This document shows, piece by piece, positions 28,229-37,961 of a stretch of 64,000 nucleotides of DNA; position 1 is the first letter of the stretch, and each line of letters begins with the position of its first letter. The position numbers and the translations under genes are program-made. The DNA lies in the IMG/VR virus record IMGVR_UViG_3300035698_007036, positions 32,001 through 96,000 of that record; one strand, given 5' to 3'. Under the pieces are notes generated by a model, which saw only the letters and a program-made list of their open reading frames with translations, was not told the origin of the DNA and did no database searches. This stretch comes from a virus.

Positions 28229-28516
28229 ATGGCAGATGAAATGCAACCGGGAGTACAATATAAACTAAGAGCTGGTTCTCCCATGCCCACAACTGGTGGA
28301 AAGTTTGTATGGCATACATTTAAAGTTGAAAAATTTTTAGTAGAGAATTATATTTGTACTGAAGATCTACCAGGAAGCGACGATTTTAGAGGTCAGGGTG
28401 GGGATTACATTTCGGCCAGTTTTTCTAGAGTAGGGGTGAGAGGTGGCACAGTTTTTCAGGGTAAGAAAACCAAAAGCCCTACATTTATTGAAGAAGATGA
28501 TCCAGAAATGGGTTAA
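28229..28516 (+). CDS. Hypothetical protein (95 aa)
   Basis: Operon ORF with a purine-rich RBS. Confidence 0.6.
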   Translation: MADEMQPGVQYKLRAGSPMPTTGGKFVWHTFKVEKFLVENYICTEDLPGSDDFRGQGGDYISASFSRVGVRGGTVFQGKKTKSPTFIEEDDPEMG

Positions 28517-28531
28517 TAAAGGGAGTGTGTT

Positions 28532-28786
28532 ATGGCAGATAGTCCGGTGGATTTCATAGAATGTACGTCGTTAAACATATCTTATGATGTTATGGGTATA
28601 GCCACGTTAAGTTTTACTGTTGTTCATAATTATTATTCTGCTAGCATGCTATCAAGTTATAAAGAGATAGGACCTGTTGGTGGTCAGACATTCAGTGGTT
28701 ATATAACTGATGCTTATATGAGTGCTATATTAAAAACTGACGGTTGGTATGAGACTCAAGTAACTCTTATAACTACAACTAATTAA
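28532..28786 (+). CDS. Hypothetical virion protein (84 aa)
   Basis: GGGAG RBS; beta-strand pattern SLNISYD..ATLSFTV..FSGYIT is reminiscent of a hub half-barrel. Confidence 0.55.
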   Translation: MADSPVDFIECTSLNISYDVMGIATLSFTVVHNYYSASMLSSYKEIGPVGGQTFSGYITDAYMSAILKTDGWYETQVTLITTTN

Positions 28787-28798
28787 GGAGAAACTGAT

Positions 28799-28999
28799 AT
28801 GGCATGTGGCGGGTGTGCGAGAAGACAAGCAGCAAAAAGTGCTAACGCAGCTAACCCAGTTATGGGTGGATATAGATATCTTACCGATGTTCAAATAAGA
28901 GCAAGACTTGAGGCTTATAAAAAAAGATACTGTAATGAATGTAGTAAAAGATACGAATGTGACTATTCTTCGTACATAACATGTAAGAATATCACTTAA
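28799..28999 (+). CDS. Small Cys-rich, probably metal-binding protein (66 aa)
   Basis: AAGGAG RBS; motifs CGGC and CNEC..C..C. Confidence 0.6.
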   Translation: MACGGCARRQAAKSANAANPVMGGYRYLTDVQIRARLEAYKKRYCNECSKRYECDYSSYITCKNIT

Positions 29000-29039
29000 T
29001 AATGTAACTTATATAGATATAGAAAAGGAGGAAGTTGTT

Positions 29040-29708
29040 ATGGCCATTATTATAGGATTTGCCACCCAGGTAGGGGGAGATTTTGTTGGGGCCTGTGCGA
29101 CATCGGTAAGTTGGGGTTACAGCCCTAATGTACAGAGACTTTATTGTCTAGGACCACCGGCTCAGGCAGCGTACAGTATTGAAAAACCAACAGAAAATTT
29201 AACTATAGCGATTTACCAAGAAACTGGTGGACCTTCTACCCATGATGTCTCTGCCAGTGAATCTTGTGACGATCTTATTACCATTTCGGCAGCAGTTGAT
29301 CCAGGCTCTTGCGTTGGGTCAGTAGATGGAGTTTCAGGCGTGTGGTATTTAACTAGTTATGGTTATTCTAAAGGTGACCCACTTCTACCAGGTACGGAAA
29401 CCTGGACCATGACAAGATGGGTTGACGGGGCAGACCCAATTTTGTCCCCTGCTCCAACACACTTTATTAGGAATGCTGCGGAAGCACAGGCGTCTGTAGA
29501 GACGGGAACCATTTGCGGTGTAAATTGGGATAGTAATTATGCTATTCTGGAGGGTCGAACTGGAAGTGTTTCAGCCGGGTCACTTGGCCAGTCTAATTCC
29601 ACTTATTATGGCGTAGCAACATCAGTAGGCGGAGCAGCTGCTCCAGCTGGGGATACATATAACGGCAGTGCCAGTTGTCCTGTTACCCCATTATGGACTG
29701 GTGTTTAA
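29040..29708 (+). CDS. Putative tail-tube-like virion protein (222 aa)
   Basis: AGGAGG RBS; SVSWGYSPNVQRLYCLG and YLTSYGYS..ETWTM strand patterns recall tube-fold proteins. The fold assignment is weak. Confidence 0.4.
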   Translation: MAIIIGFATQVGGDFVGACATSVSWGYSPNVQRLYCLGPPAQAAYSIEKPTENLTIAIYQETGGPSTHDVSASESCDDLITISAAVDPGSCVGSVDGVSGVWYLTSYGYSKGDPLLPGTETWTMTRWVDGADPILSPAPTHFIRNAAEAQASVETGTICGVNWDSNYAILEGRTGSVSAGSLGQSNSTYYGVATSVGGAAAPAGDTYNGSASCPVTPLWTGV

Positions 29709-29726
29709 TTAGAAAGGATTAAAGGC

Positions 29727-30161
29727 ATGGATAGTTTTAGCATATCAGAAATATACACTTTGGAATTAAGATGGAAAGACGTGTTATATGAGACGGACAA
29801 TATATGTAAATTTGTAGGTGCTTATTTTGCTGGTCCTGCCCTAAGTAACGCTGAAAAGATAGGCTGCAATGATAGTATTAGGTTGGATTTTTTTAAACAG
29901 TATACTATTGTTATAAGAAATGCATATGTAGCAAGATTTTCTTGGTCTGAGGTAGTTTACGCTGTGGATGGCACTGTTGCCCTTAAGGATGCCAAAATGG
30001 AACATGACAAGTTGAACAAGGTACCTAAGCTGACGGCCCCGGATTACATAGTAATAGACACACATGACCATGAGTCTGATATCCACGTTTATAATTTAAA
30101 TTACACATCTTATGTTGTAAATGAGAATCATATCATGTACAATTTCATTAAGGGGAGATAG
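29727..30161 (+). CDS. Hypothetical protein (144 aa)
   Basis: Operon ORF. Confidence 0.6.
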   Translation: MDSFSISEIYTLELRWKDVLYETDNICKFVGAYFAGPALSNAEKIGCNDSIRLDFFKQYTIVIRNAYVARFSWSEVVYAVDGTVALKDAKMEHDKLNKVPKLTAPDYIVIDTHDHESDIHVYNLNYTSYVVNENHIMYNFIKGR

Positions 30162-30163
30162 GG

Positions 30164-30505
30164 ATGGCACCAAGAGGACGAAATAGATTTTGTGGTAGAG
30201 ATGATTTTTGGGAGCATGTCTATGGTACTACAGCGTCTGGTAATCTACCAGATTGGAAGAAAGATGACCATGAGGGACATTGTTGGGCACAGTGTCCGTA
30301 TTCTACCCAAAGCAGTACATTAAGAACAAGGCTTTTGTTAGAGTTAGGAGACTCTGATCCTTTACCAACTAAAGTAGATCATACCGATAGTGGCAAAGTC
30401 CATTATATGAGAACACAAAGTAAAGGAAGTGCGTGGGGATTTGAATGTACATATGACAATTGCCCTTACTATTTGTCTAATGGGCGAAGATACTTTTATG
30501 TTTAG
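30164..30505 (+). CDS. Hypothetical Cys/His-containing protein (113 aa)
   Basis: Motifs HCWAQCPY and FECTYDNCPYY; RBS present. Confidence 0.6.
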   Translation: MAPRGRNRFCGRDDFWEHVYGTTASGNLPDWKKDDHEGHCWAQCPYSTQSSTLRTRLLLELGDSDPLPTKVDHTDSGKVHYMRTQSKGSAWGFECTYDNCPYYLSNGRRYFYV

Positions 30506-30516
30506 GAGGAAATAAA

Positions 30517-31488
30517 ATGGCGTTAAACGTTGACACACAAGATCTTACGAATTATCCTGGAACTGTTAAGAGGGTTTCTATCGACACAAGTTCCATCGTG
30601 CCCGCCGGTTATGAGGGGGACGAGAAAATCGTTATGACAGGATCAACTACGGCTTACAGTGACAACACAGCAAGAACTGCTATTCAGTCTCTTTATATAA
30701 CTGATTTTAAAACAGGTTGGTTAAAGAGTTCTGGTTTTGCTGGCTCTGGCGGAAAATTCGATTTGGATTTAACTCATTACAGTTTTATGTTGAAGTTCGA
30801 CAGTACCGCAAGTGGTACTGATAGCTTAGGTTACTATCAAGTGGATTTAGATTATGGTACAACGCCCATCTCAGGCGAAGCTATTGCGGCTGATATGGAA
30901 ACAAAAATTAGGGCCTTGACAATGGCAACTGCAGATACTGGGTTCTCATTGGCTTACAAGAATGCTTCTGTAGAATTTATGAACAGTAAGTTTTATATAA
31001 TTTCTGGAAGTATTGGTGAGTACTATACTGGTTCTAATAGGACATCTGTTAGAGTTAAAGCCGCGAACACTAACGACTGTACATCAGAACTAGGATTTGA
31101 CATGAATATGAACAGTGAACTAATGGCGGCTGTTTCTGTTAAAGAGGCTGCTCTAGGTGCTAATTATACATTAGGTACTACACCGCTTACTATAGGTGCT
31201 GGTACTGGTGTGGCGGCAGGTGATGCTATGATGATCACTGACGGTACCAGTACTGATTATTTTACCGCTCTTACTGGAACAACCGATACATCGGTTGTAG
31301 TAGCAGTCAGTGCAACCAATGATTTTGACGGTATAGCCAGTAGCTATGCCACTGTTTCTGGGACTAAAGTACAGCTTCTTAGAGAGCAGGATCCGGACTC
31401 TGGGCCTACATCGTGGTATACAGATATGGATTCCATCGCTCGTTGGGCTATTAAAACAATGATAAATCAGATTGATTATAGCTCTTAA
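30517..31488 (+). CDS. Virion structural protein (323 aa)
   Basis: AGGAGG RBS; T/S/G-rich; shares an IxSGxxG..ELGF module with the 37962 and 45751 ORFs. Confidence 0.65.
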   Translation: MALNVDTQDLTNYPGTVKRVSIDTSSIVPAGYEGDEKIVMTGSTTAYSDNTARTAIQSLYITDFKTGWLKSSGFAGSGGKFDLDLTHYSFMLKFDSTASGTDSLGYYQVDLDYGTTPISGEAIAADMETKIRALTMATADTGFSLAYKNASVEFMNSKFYIISGSIGEYYTGSNRTSVRVKAANTNDCTSELGFDMNMNSELMAAVSVKEAALGANYTLGTTPLTIGAGTGVAAGDAMMITDGTSTDYFTALTGTTDTSVVVAVSATNDFDGIASSYATVSGTKVQLLREQDPDSGPTSWYTDMDSIARWAIKTMINQIDYSS

Positions 31489-31498
31489 GGAGAATTAA

Positions 31499-31993
31499 AT
31501 GGCTGAGTTTTTTATACGTAATAGTCTTAATCCTAGTAAAGTTGTTCTTTGCGGTATAACATACCGACAGGTTACACCTAAAGGTAACGACGGCGAAGCT
31601 ATATGGGTTGTAGAAATAGCTACAAATGAACTGGATATCAATGACGATACTATAGCTTCGGAGTATCTTAATTTAGTAGACCTGTCCTACCTTGAAGATG
31701 AGATAACTGAAGCGGTGGTAAGGATTTCTACCAAGGTAGATTGGTCACCTCTAATAACAGATACTAGAGCTCCGTATGTTGAATCAGTTTTTCCTGCTGA
31801 GTATGAAGTTCCATTAGAAACTTCTATAGAGGTGGTAATAAGGGAGATATTACCAGCGGCTGGTATAGATATTGATTCCATAACTATGAGTGTAGCCGAC
31901 TTTGATGTGTCAAACGAATTGGAAATAACTGGAGATCCTTATGATTACAAAGTAAAATGGTCACCATTCATAAGGGTACAGGACGAATATTAA
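31499..31993 (+). CDS. Virion protein with a C-terminal Ig-like domain (164 aa)
   Basis: APYVESVFP..TSIEVVIRE..GIDIDSITMSV resembles FPYLEGLNP..TDVYFEIKD..GVDIDTLEMTV in the 34251 ORF. Confidence 0.6.
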   Translation: MAEFFIRNSLNPSKVVLCGITYRQVTPKGNDGEAIWVVEIATNELDINDDTIASEYLNLVDLSYLEDEITEAVVRISTKVDWSPLITDTRAPYVESVFPAEYEVPLETSIEVVIREILPAAGIDIDSITMSVADFDVSNELEITGDPYDYKVKWSPFIRVQDEY

Positions 31994-32003
31994 GGAGAGT
32001 ATT

Positions 32004-32420
32004 ATGATTAAGGCCAAAGAGTTTTGGAAATTTTTATGTGAGGGCATGGATTATAGGATATTTTCCGGCGTGCCTTGTTTAGGTTTTGCAACCCTCTACG
32101 ACTGTATGAGTTCAAAGTTTATGCACTATATTCCAGCTGTAGATGAGCACTCTGCGTTTGGGATATCTTTAGGTGCTGCCGTAGCAGGCGTTAGAACTGG
32201 TGTTTTAGTTGACTGTAATTATCTTGATTTGACTGAGGATTGGATGAAATTCTGCTTCGAGCATAAAAAGCACGTAGTCATACTAACTAATGGGGAGCCT
32301 AAGAATAACGTTTCCAAGTTGGTTTTTGACGGTGACTACACTAAACTAGAAAAGTATTTATCGACTAAACGTAAAGGAGAGAAGCCAGCAATAATTGTAT
32401 TAGAAGGGGTTAGCAAATGA
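32004..32420 (+). CDS. Sulfopyruvate/phosphonopyruvate decarboxylase alpha-like protein (ThDP PYR domain), divergent
   Basis: FSGVPC..HYIPAVDEHSAFGISLGAAVAG matches the ComD/Ppd N-terminal signature, including the conserved Glu. The usual MQNSGxGN motif is not recognisable. Confidence 0.75.
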   Translation: MIKAKEFWKFLCEGMDYRIFSGVPCLGFATLYDCMSSKFMHYIPAVDEHSAFGISLGAAVAGVRTGVLVDCNYLDLTEDWMKFCFEHKKHVVILTNGEPKNNVSKLVFDGDYTKLEKYLSTKRKGEKPAIIVLEGVSK

Positions 32421-33007
32421 AAAGGCAACCTGTAATTAAAAAATGGTTAAAACTTTTGAAGGAAAATGATGCTGTAATAGTTTCAGGCGAAGGTCTTTCA
32501 AAGATAGTTTTTGGATTAGACGATCAAAGAGTTTTTTATTTTGATAAACTTGGAAGGGCCATACCGTTCAGTATAGGTCTTGCGATGGCAATAAATAAAA
32601 GAGTATTTGTCATATGTGAAGATATCGAGTTAATGAGGAACTTTAGTCTAATGGCCCAAGCAGCATCCAGTAGGTGTGTAAATCTTATTTTTGTGTTTGT
32701 GGGCTGTGGCACGCACCAGGATTCTGGTGGACAGCCTAATGTACTAAGCAATATAAAGGCACCCAAAGGGGTTCTGTTTAATATGGGCATAACGGTTTAT
32801 GATTTTACTCCACATTTTAATGACAAGTATAATAGAACGTTGCCTGATGTTTTTGAAAGACTACGAGGACCATCAGTTGCTTTGGTAGACGTAGATCCAG
32901 GAGTGACTAATATTACAAAAGTAGACATAGACAAAATAAAAGTCGTAGCTAGATTCTCAGAATTTGTTCAGGATTTAGAGCTTGGAACTTCTCTGTTTTT
33001 ACCTTAA
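32417..33007 (+). CDS. Sulfopyruvate/phosphonopyruvate decarboxylase beta-like protein (ThDP PP domain), degenerate
   Basis: ATGA overlap with the alpha gene. MKR..VFY..IGLAMA..RVFVICEDIELMRN..NLIFVFVGCG..SGGQP..GPS follows the ComE layout, but GDG reads EDI and DN reads GC. Confidence 0.75.
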   Translation: MKRQPVIKKWLKLLKENDAVIVSGEGLSKIVFGLDDQRVFYFDKLGRAIPFSIGLAMAINKRVFVICEDIELMRNFSLMAQAASSRCVNLIFVFVGCGTHQDSGGQPNVLSNIKAPKGVLFNMGITVYDFTPHFNDKYNRTLPDVFERLRGPSVALVDVDPGVTNITKVDIDKIKVVARFSEFVQDLELGTSLFLP

Positions 33008-33018
33008 GGAGGGTATAG

Positions 33019-34239
33019 ATGTCATACGAAAACATAAAACTTCGAAAATCTAATGTAGCCGTAGTTGATGGTTACTTCTATATGATGGACCAAGACGTAG
33101 ATGCTTTGATTGTGAAGACAGATGATGGTACCCAGGCGTTTTCGTATCCATTAAGTAAGACAATATCTAATGCTGTTACCAGTATGGAGTGGGATGGTAG
33201 AAATTTTTGGACTTTAGAAACTTCAGATACTAATGAAGTCACTATCCGTAGATGGTATATAAATAACTACGTCTGTAAACTTAGAGATACTTTTACCTTG
33301 TCTCCAGGAGCTCATAATTATGTGTCCGAAGCTATGACGGTAGAGCACTATCATAGAGCTTTCACAGGTGACGAGGTGGCAGGCTCTTCCACTTTGAGCA
33401 TGGATAGCACTAATATGGCCAATGGCGAGACTTTAGCTTTAGGTCCTAATGGTAGTGGTCAGGTAGAGGAAGTGGTAGTAAACACGACTTCAGCAGGTTC
33501 TGTAACCATTTACGGTAATACAGCCTACTCTTATCTTACAGGGGATCTTGTGTGTTTCTACAAGGACATATGGCTGTTTAATAATTATGATGGCGTGTCC
33601 GCTAGTGCTGGAGCTCTATATAAGATAGATGGTTATACCGGTATATACACCACGCATTCCGGTGGTGGTGAGTTTTATAACATAAAGGCCTGTACTTTCT
33701 ACGATATGTCCTATGTTGATGTTTCTTGGGATAATGCTATTAGTTACGTTAGAGGGACCAACATGATTTTCTTGAATCCACAAAACCTAGATGATAACTT
33801 TGGTTCTATGATAATGGACAATTTAAACGATAATTTAGCTGACACTATTATAATATACGATGTGGCTGTAGAAGGAGCGAATGTTTATAGATTACAGAGA
33901 GAAGCAACTTACTACGGAACGACCGCAACTTTTGCCGACAGTACTTACAATTACCAGTTAAGTACATTAGACGCATTTATTACAAGCATCTCTTTAAGAG
34001 CAGCACCTGCTATTCTCCCTGCCAATAGTGTTAATGAGTCCGATATAACAGCAGTAGTTAAAGACCAATTTAATCAACCTATAGTTAGTAAAATAGTTTC
34101 ATTTACTGACGACGACACTAATGGTTACATAACATCATCATCTGTTAATACAGATGGTCAAGGTGTCGCTGAGACTAAATACCATGCTGGAAATCAAGCT
34201 AGAGAAGTAAAGGTAACTGCAACCGCTCAGCAGAGCTAA
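33019..34239 (+). CDS. Virion protein with a C-terminal invasin-type (Big_1) Ig-like domain (406 aa)
   Basis: ISLRAAPAILPAN..ITAVVKDQFNQPI..VSF..TDGQGVAETKY; paralogous to the next gene. Confidence 0.7.
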   Translation: MSYENIKLRKSNVAVVDGYFYMMDQDVDALIVKTDDGTQAFSYPLSKTISNAVTSMEWDGRNFWTLETSDTNEVTIRRWYINNYVCKLRDTFTLSPGAHNYVSEAMTVEHYHRAFTGDEVAGSSTLSMDSTNMANGETLALGPNGSGQVEEVVVNTTSAGSVTIYGNTAYSYLTGDLVCFYKDIWLFNNYDGVSASAGALYKIDGYTGIYTTHSGGGEFYNIKACTFYDMSYVDVSWDNAISYVRGTNMIFLNPQNLDDNFGSMIMDNLNDNLADTIIIYDVAVEGANVYRLQREATYYGTTATFADSTYNYQLSTLDAFITSISLRAAPAILPANSVNESDITAVVKDQFNQPIVSKIVSFTDDDTNGYITSSSVNTDGQGVAETKYHAGNQAREVKVTATAQQS

Positions 34240-34250
34240 GGAGTAATTAG

Positions 34251-36923
34251 ATGGCGTATGAAAACATAAGTCTCTCGTATCCTAATTTTTGTATAGCCCC
34301 AGTAGTTGGGACTTTTGCTACTATACATGGTACGGACACTTTAAGAATAAAAAACGCTACAGGAGCTGTTCAAGGTGACTATTTATTATCGAATAGTATA
34401 ACAGACAACCTCCTCTGCCTTGAGTATGTGGGGCCGAGAAATATACCAGCCGTTATTGATGGTTTGACATTTTTTACTATAGAAAAGGCGAGTTCTACAT
34501 CTGTAAATATAAATAGGTGGGAGCTAGACGCTTCAGGGATAGCACTTGATCTTGTACAGACCATAACTAAAAGTACATCTGGGGTCAACCACTATAACGC
34601 CTTGACCGGGTGTGTTGAATACTATTCACGTAAGTTTACCTCGGCCGAGGGTAATGGTAGTGATCATATAACTACAACCTCCACAAGTAAGATAGCGGCT
34701 GGCATGAGATTATTCTTAGGCCCTAGCAACGACATAGATAATCTTGGAGAAGGTGAATGGATAACGGTAGACTATGTTTCCGGAAGTGATGTGTATTTCA
34801 CTACTAATATTACGAAGGATTACCTGATAGATGACCAGGTAAATTTTTATAAGAACACTTATATTTACAGTTCATTAGGTTACAACGGAGCAGCTGACTA
34901 TGGAAGTTTGTTTCAGTTAGACGCCAAAACAGGGAATTTGTTAAACGTTAATTACGATGGCTTTTATAGAAAAGCACAAGTATGTAAATGGTATCCAGCT
35001 ACTGGGAACATCCCTACAGTAGTCGGTACCAACATGGTTTTTGTGTCTCCGTATGATTCTTATCTAAACTGGAGATCCATGTCTTTAAACAATTTGGATG
35101 ATGACAAAGCCACCACATTGTCAGTCTATGATTTAGCTTTTGACAGCAGCACAATATATAAGTTAATGCAGCAGATAACAAAGAAAGATGATGACGGTGA
35201 TGAGGTTACAACTAATTGGTCACCCTATTATAATTACCTACAAGATTCACTACTACCCTATACCAATAGTTTACAGATGTATACTGATAAATCGACTATG
35301 GTCGGCCAATATGACTCAACAGCCCTGACGGTGGTTTTAAGGGACCAATTTGGTGTAGGGCTGTTAGGGGTGGCGGTAACAGTAGCACGTGCTGACGGTG
35401 ACTCTGGGGCCGTTTTAGACCCAATAGACGGACAGCTTACAACCAATAGCAGTGGGATAGCTCAGGTGGGTTATACCTCTGGAGCTATTTATGGTGGGTT
35501 GACCCAATTAACATGTAAGGCTTCTGGTGGATCACCTTCCACTGGGAGTGCTTGGGTATGGGATTCTACGCATATTATCAGCAAAATAGAGCACGAGAAT
35601 ACAGGCAGGGTGTACCAACTATTTGCCAATTCTACGTTTGCCGTAGAGTGTCCTACTCTTATGCGACAGGTTTTAAACATTTATACAAGTGACCAGACAT
35701 TATTTTGTAGGACACGCTTTACTTCTCCAGGAGGAAATTGGAGTAATCCCAGTTCCTATTCATCATTGGTGTCTACCTATCTCCCATCCTTAATAGTTGG
35801 ATCTGGAGACGGCCCACAGGAAAGCTTTTTTGGTTGGGAAAACAAAGATAATCCAGGCAAGAATCATACTATTAGACAAGTAGTAGATGCAGAAGGGGAA
35901 GGCAGAGTGGAGCAGGTAGGGGATGCTGTGGGTTATAATGATAGATTAAGACAAGTAGCAGATGCTGAATCCGACTTACAAGTTAGCCAATTGAAAATGA
36001 GTCAACATACAAGTTGGATAAACGGAATAGCTTACGATGAACTGTTTACAGAGACTGTGATAAATCAGTTCGTTTTTGTTGAGGAGGCTATACCACAATT
36101 TTGGAGCGAGAAGAATCCTATAGACACTAATATCTGGATTAGATTGAGGCCATTTGCTTTCGATTTAAACCCAGCAACTTTGAAGTTTTATGTTAAGGAA
36201 GATTCTTATTCCGGAAATACTGGCTACGTAGATATGGCCCCATATTTAACTGTTACTGTTTTTGATGCTGGCGGCGGAATAGATGGACTTGATGTGACGT
36301 GTAATCCACCAAGCGATTTCCACTACAGCGGTATAGTATACGTCAGAATAGAAGTGTATGATTTAGCCGGAACTCCTAATTTTATTTGGGTCGATTATTG
36401 GTTCAGTATTATACCTGATTATAGATTTCCTTATCTTGAGGGGCTGAATCCAAGTAGAGAACAAGATAATGTTGCGGTTGACACCGATGTTTATTTTGAG
36501 ATAAAGGACGTAGGGGTAGGCGTAGACATAGACACTCTTGAGATGACCGTCAATTCAAGGATAGTTGTACCTACTACTATAGTTAAGATAGATGATAATC
36601 ATTACACAGTGGAGTATGATCCAAGTGATGATTTTCAATTTGATAAATCAATATTTGTTAATGTAAAGGTTAACGATCTTTCTAACTATGATAATTTGAT
36701 GAATGACAGTTATAGATTCTATACAGTGTCCAGTGACGAAGTATGGTATACCGACTTCTTTCCAGGCGTATGTAAAAGAGGTATGTCGAGATATTCAGAT
36801 GTAAGAATTGTTTTACTTGATGCTGGTAGCGGAATAGATAGAGACAGTATAAGAGTTCAAGTTCTAGAAAGGGAGGCCACTAGTAGATTTAATATTGTTC
36901 CGATAGTATATAGAATTTCATAA
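34251..36923 (+). CDS. Virion protein with Big_1 and further Ig-like domains (890 aa)
   Basis: N-terminal half is paralogous to the 33019 ORF (YENIxL, GTNMxFxxP, VxxDQF). C-terminal Ig-like repeats are present. Confidence 0.7.
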   Translation: MAYENISLSYPNFCIAPVVGTFATIHGTDTLRIKNATGAVQGDYLLSNSITDNLLCLEYVGPRNIPAVIDGLTFFTIEKASSTSVNINRWELDASGIALDLVQTITKSTSGVNHYNALTGCVEYYSRKFTSAEGNGSDHITTTSTSKIAAGMRLFLGPSNDIDNLGEGEWITVDYVSGSDVYFTTNITKDYLIDDQVNFYKNTYIYSSLGYNGAADYGSLFQLDAKTGNLLNVNYDGFYRKAQVCKWYPATGNIPTVVGTNMVFVSPYDSYLNWRSMSLNNLDDDKATTLSVYDLAFDSSTIYKLMQQITKKDDDGDEVTTNWSPYYNYLQDSLLPYTNSLQMYTDKSTMVGQYDSTALTVVLRDQFGVGLLGVAVTVARADGDSGAVLDPIDGQLTTNSSGIAQVGYTSGAIYGGLTQLTCKASGGSPSTGSAWVWDSTHIISKIEHENTGRVYQLFANSTFAVECPTLMRQVLNIYTSDQTLFCRTRFTSPGGNWSNPSSYSSLVSTYLPSLIVGSGDGPQESFFGWENKDNPGKNHTIRQVVDAEGEGRVEQVGDAVGYNDRLRQVADAESDLQVSQLKMSQHTSWINGIAYDELFTETVINQFVFVEEAIPQFWSEKNPIDTNIWIRLRPFAFDLNPATLKFYVKEDSYSGNTGYVDMAPYLTVTVFDAGGGIDGLDVTCNPPSDFHYSGIVYVRIEVYDLAGTPNFIWVDYWFSIIPDYRFPYLEGLNPSREQDNVAVDTDVYFEIKDVGVGVDIDTLEMTVNSRIVVPTTIVKIDDNHYTVEYDPSDDFQFDKSIFVNVKVNDLSNYDNLMNDSYRFYTVSSDEVWYTDFFPGVCKRGMSRYSDVRIVLLDAGSGIDRDSIRVQVLEREATSRFNIVPIVYRIS

Positions 36924-36933
36924 AGGAGGCTTG

Positions 36934-37287
36934 ATGAAATTTAACATCTATGTGTTTCTGGATCAAAGGGGAAAACCCTATTATGTGGGCAGAACTAATA
37001 ATTTCAGTAGAAGACGGAAAGAACATTTAGGTGAAATAAAGAAGGGAAATAAATTACCGAAATATAATAAAGCCAGTAAGATGATTAAACAAGGTTATGG
37101 ATTTAAAATGAAGACTATAGCTAAGACATTAGACTTAAAGGACTCTATGGAGCTAGAGAAATTTTTTATCAAGAGATACAGAGGACTAGGATACACGCTT
37201 TATAATCTTACATCTGGCGGAGATGATAAACAGAGGATTAAGATAAATTATCCTAAAAAGAAAGTTTACAAAATAAAGAAACGTTAA
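36934..37287 (+). CDS. Free-standing GIY-YIG endonuclease
   Basis: IYVF..YYVGRT..RRKEH..ELEKFFI..YNLTSGG covers all GIY-YIG catalytic motifs. Basic and AT-rich. AGGAGG at 36924-36929 favours the ATG at 36934. Confidence 0.85.
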   Translation: MKFNIYVFLDQRGKPYYVGRTNNFSRRRKEHLGEIKKGNKLPKYNKASKMIKQGYGFKMKTIAKTLDLKDSMELEKFFIKRYRGLGYTLYNLTSGGDDKQRIKINYPKKKVYKIKKR

Positions 37288-37303
37288 TCGGAGGAGGTTG
37301 TGG

Positions 37304-37939
37304 ATGTCAATAGAAATCACCAATTTTTCACTTTCGACAGGCGGGTGGGAATATGCTAGCGGCAGTATTGGTGTGGATATCATCGACCAGGTTTATAATG
37401 TAACCACTTCAGGCTGTTATTTAGAGATTAATGGTACTACTGTAAGCACTGTTTTAACCCCTATTTCTGAAGGATATAGGATGACTTATGACTCTCCGGA
37501 TAACTTTATATCTCTGACAGGCCCATCAACATTCACAACCAATGGGTCTAATGACAATGGAGACCATGTTTACGAAGATTTTTATCTAACCTTCGGATAT
37601 ATAGTGGAGTATGTTAATACCCCATTGGAAGGTTGGGACTTTGGTTATAATACTGAAGTGGTAGTGAGGGCAAGTGCTGAGAACATGGCATCCTGTCCTA
37701 TCAAGAACGCGGAAGCCTTTTGGTTTGAGACAGAATCTAGGCCAAACAGGCATTTAGGTGCAAGTATAGTAGGAATTCCTGTTAAGTCAGACTCCGCCGT
37801 CCTGTCTGCATCTATTTATCCACAAAGCACTGCATTTTTCTATGGTAAGACTTACAAAGTTGTGCTTAGGGCCAGAGACTTCGTAGGAAACGAAATGATA
37901 CCACTTGAATTCGAATTCAAAATTGAAGATAGGCCCTAA
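37304..37939 (+). CDS. Virion protein, Ig-like and beta-rich (~211 aa)
   Basis: GGAGGAGG RBS favours the ATG at 37304. Contains LGASIVG and LSASIYP motifs like those of the terminal repeat ORF. Confidence 0.6.
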   Translation: MSIEITNFSLSTGGWEYASGSIGVDIIDQVYNVTTSGCYLEINGTTVSTVLTPISEGYRMTYDSPDNFISLTGPSTFTTNGSNDNGDHVYEDFYLTFGYIVEYVNTPLEGWDFGYNTEVVVRASAENMASCPIKNAEAFWFETESRPNRHLGASIVGIPVKSDSAVLSASIYPQSTAFFYGKTYKVVLRARDFVGNEMIPLEFEFKIEDRP

Positions 37940-37961
37940 TAATTTTAAGGAGGAATAAGAT

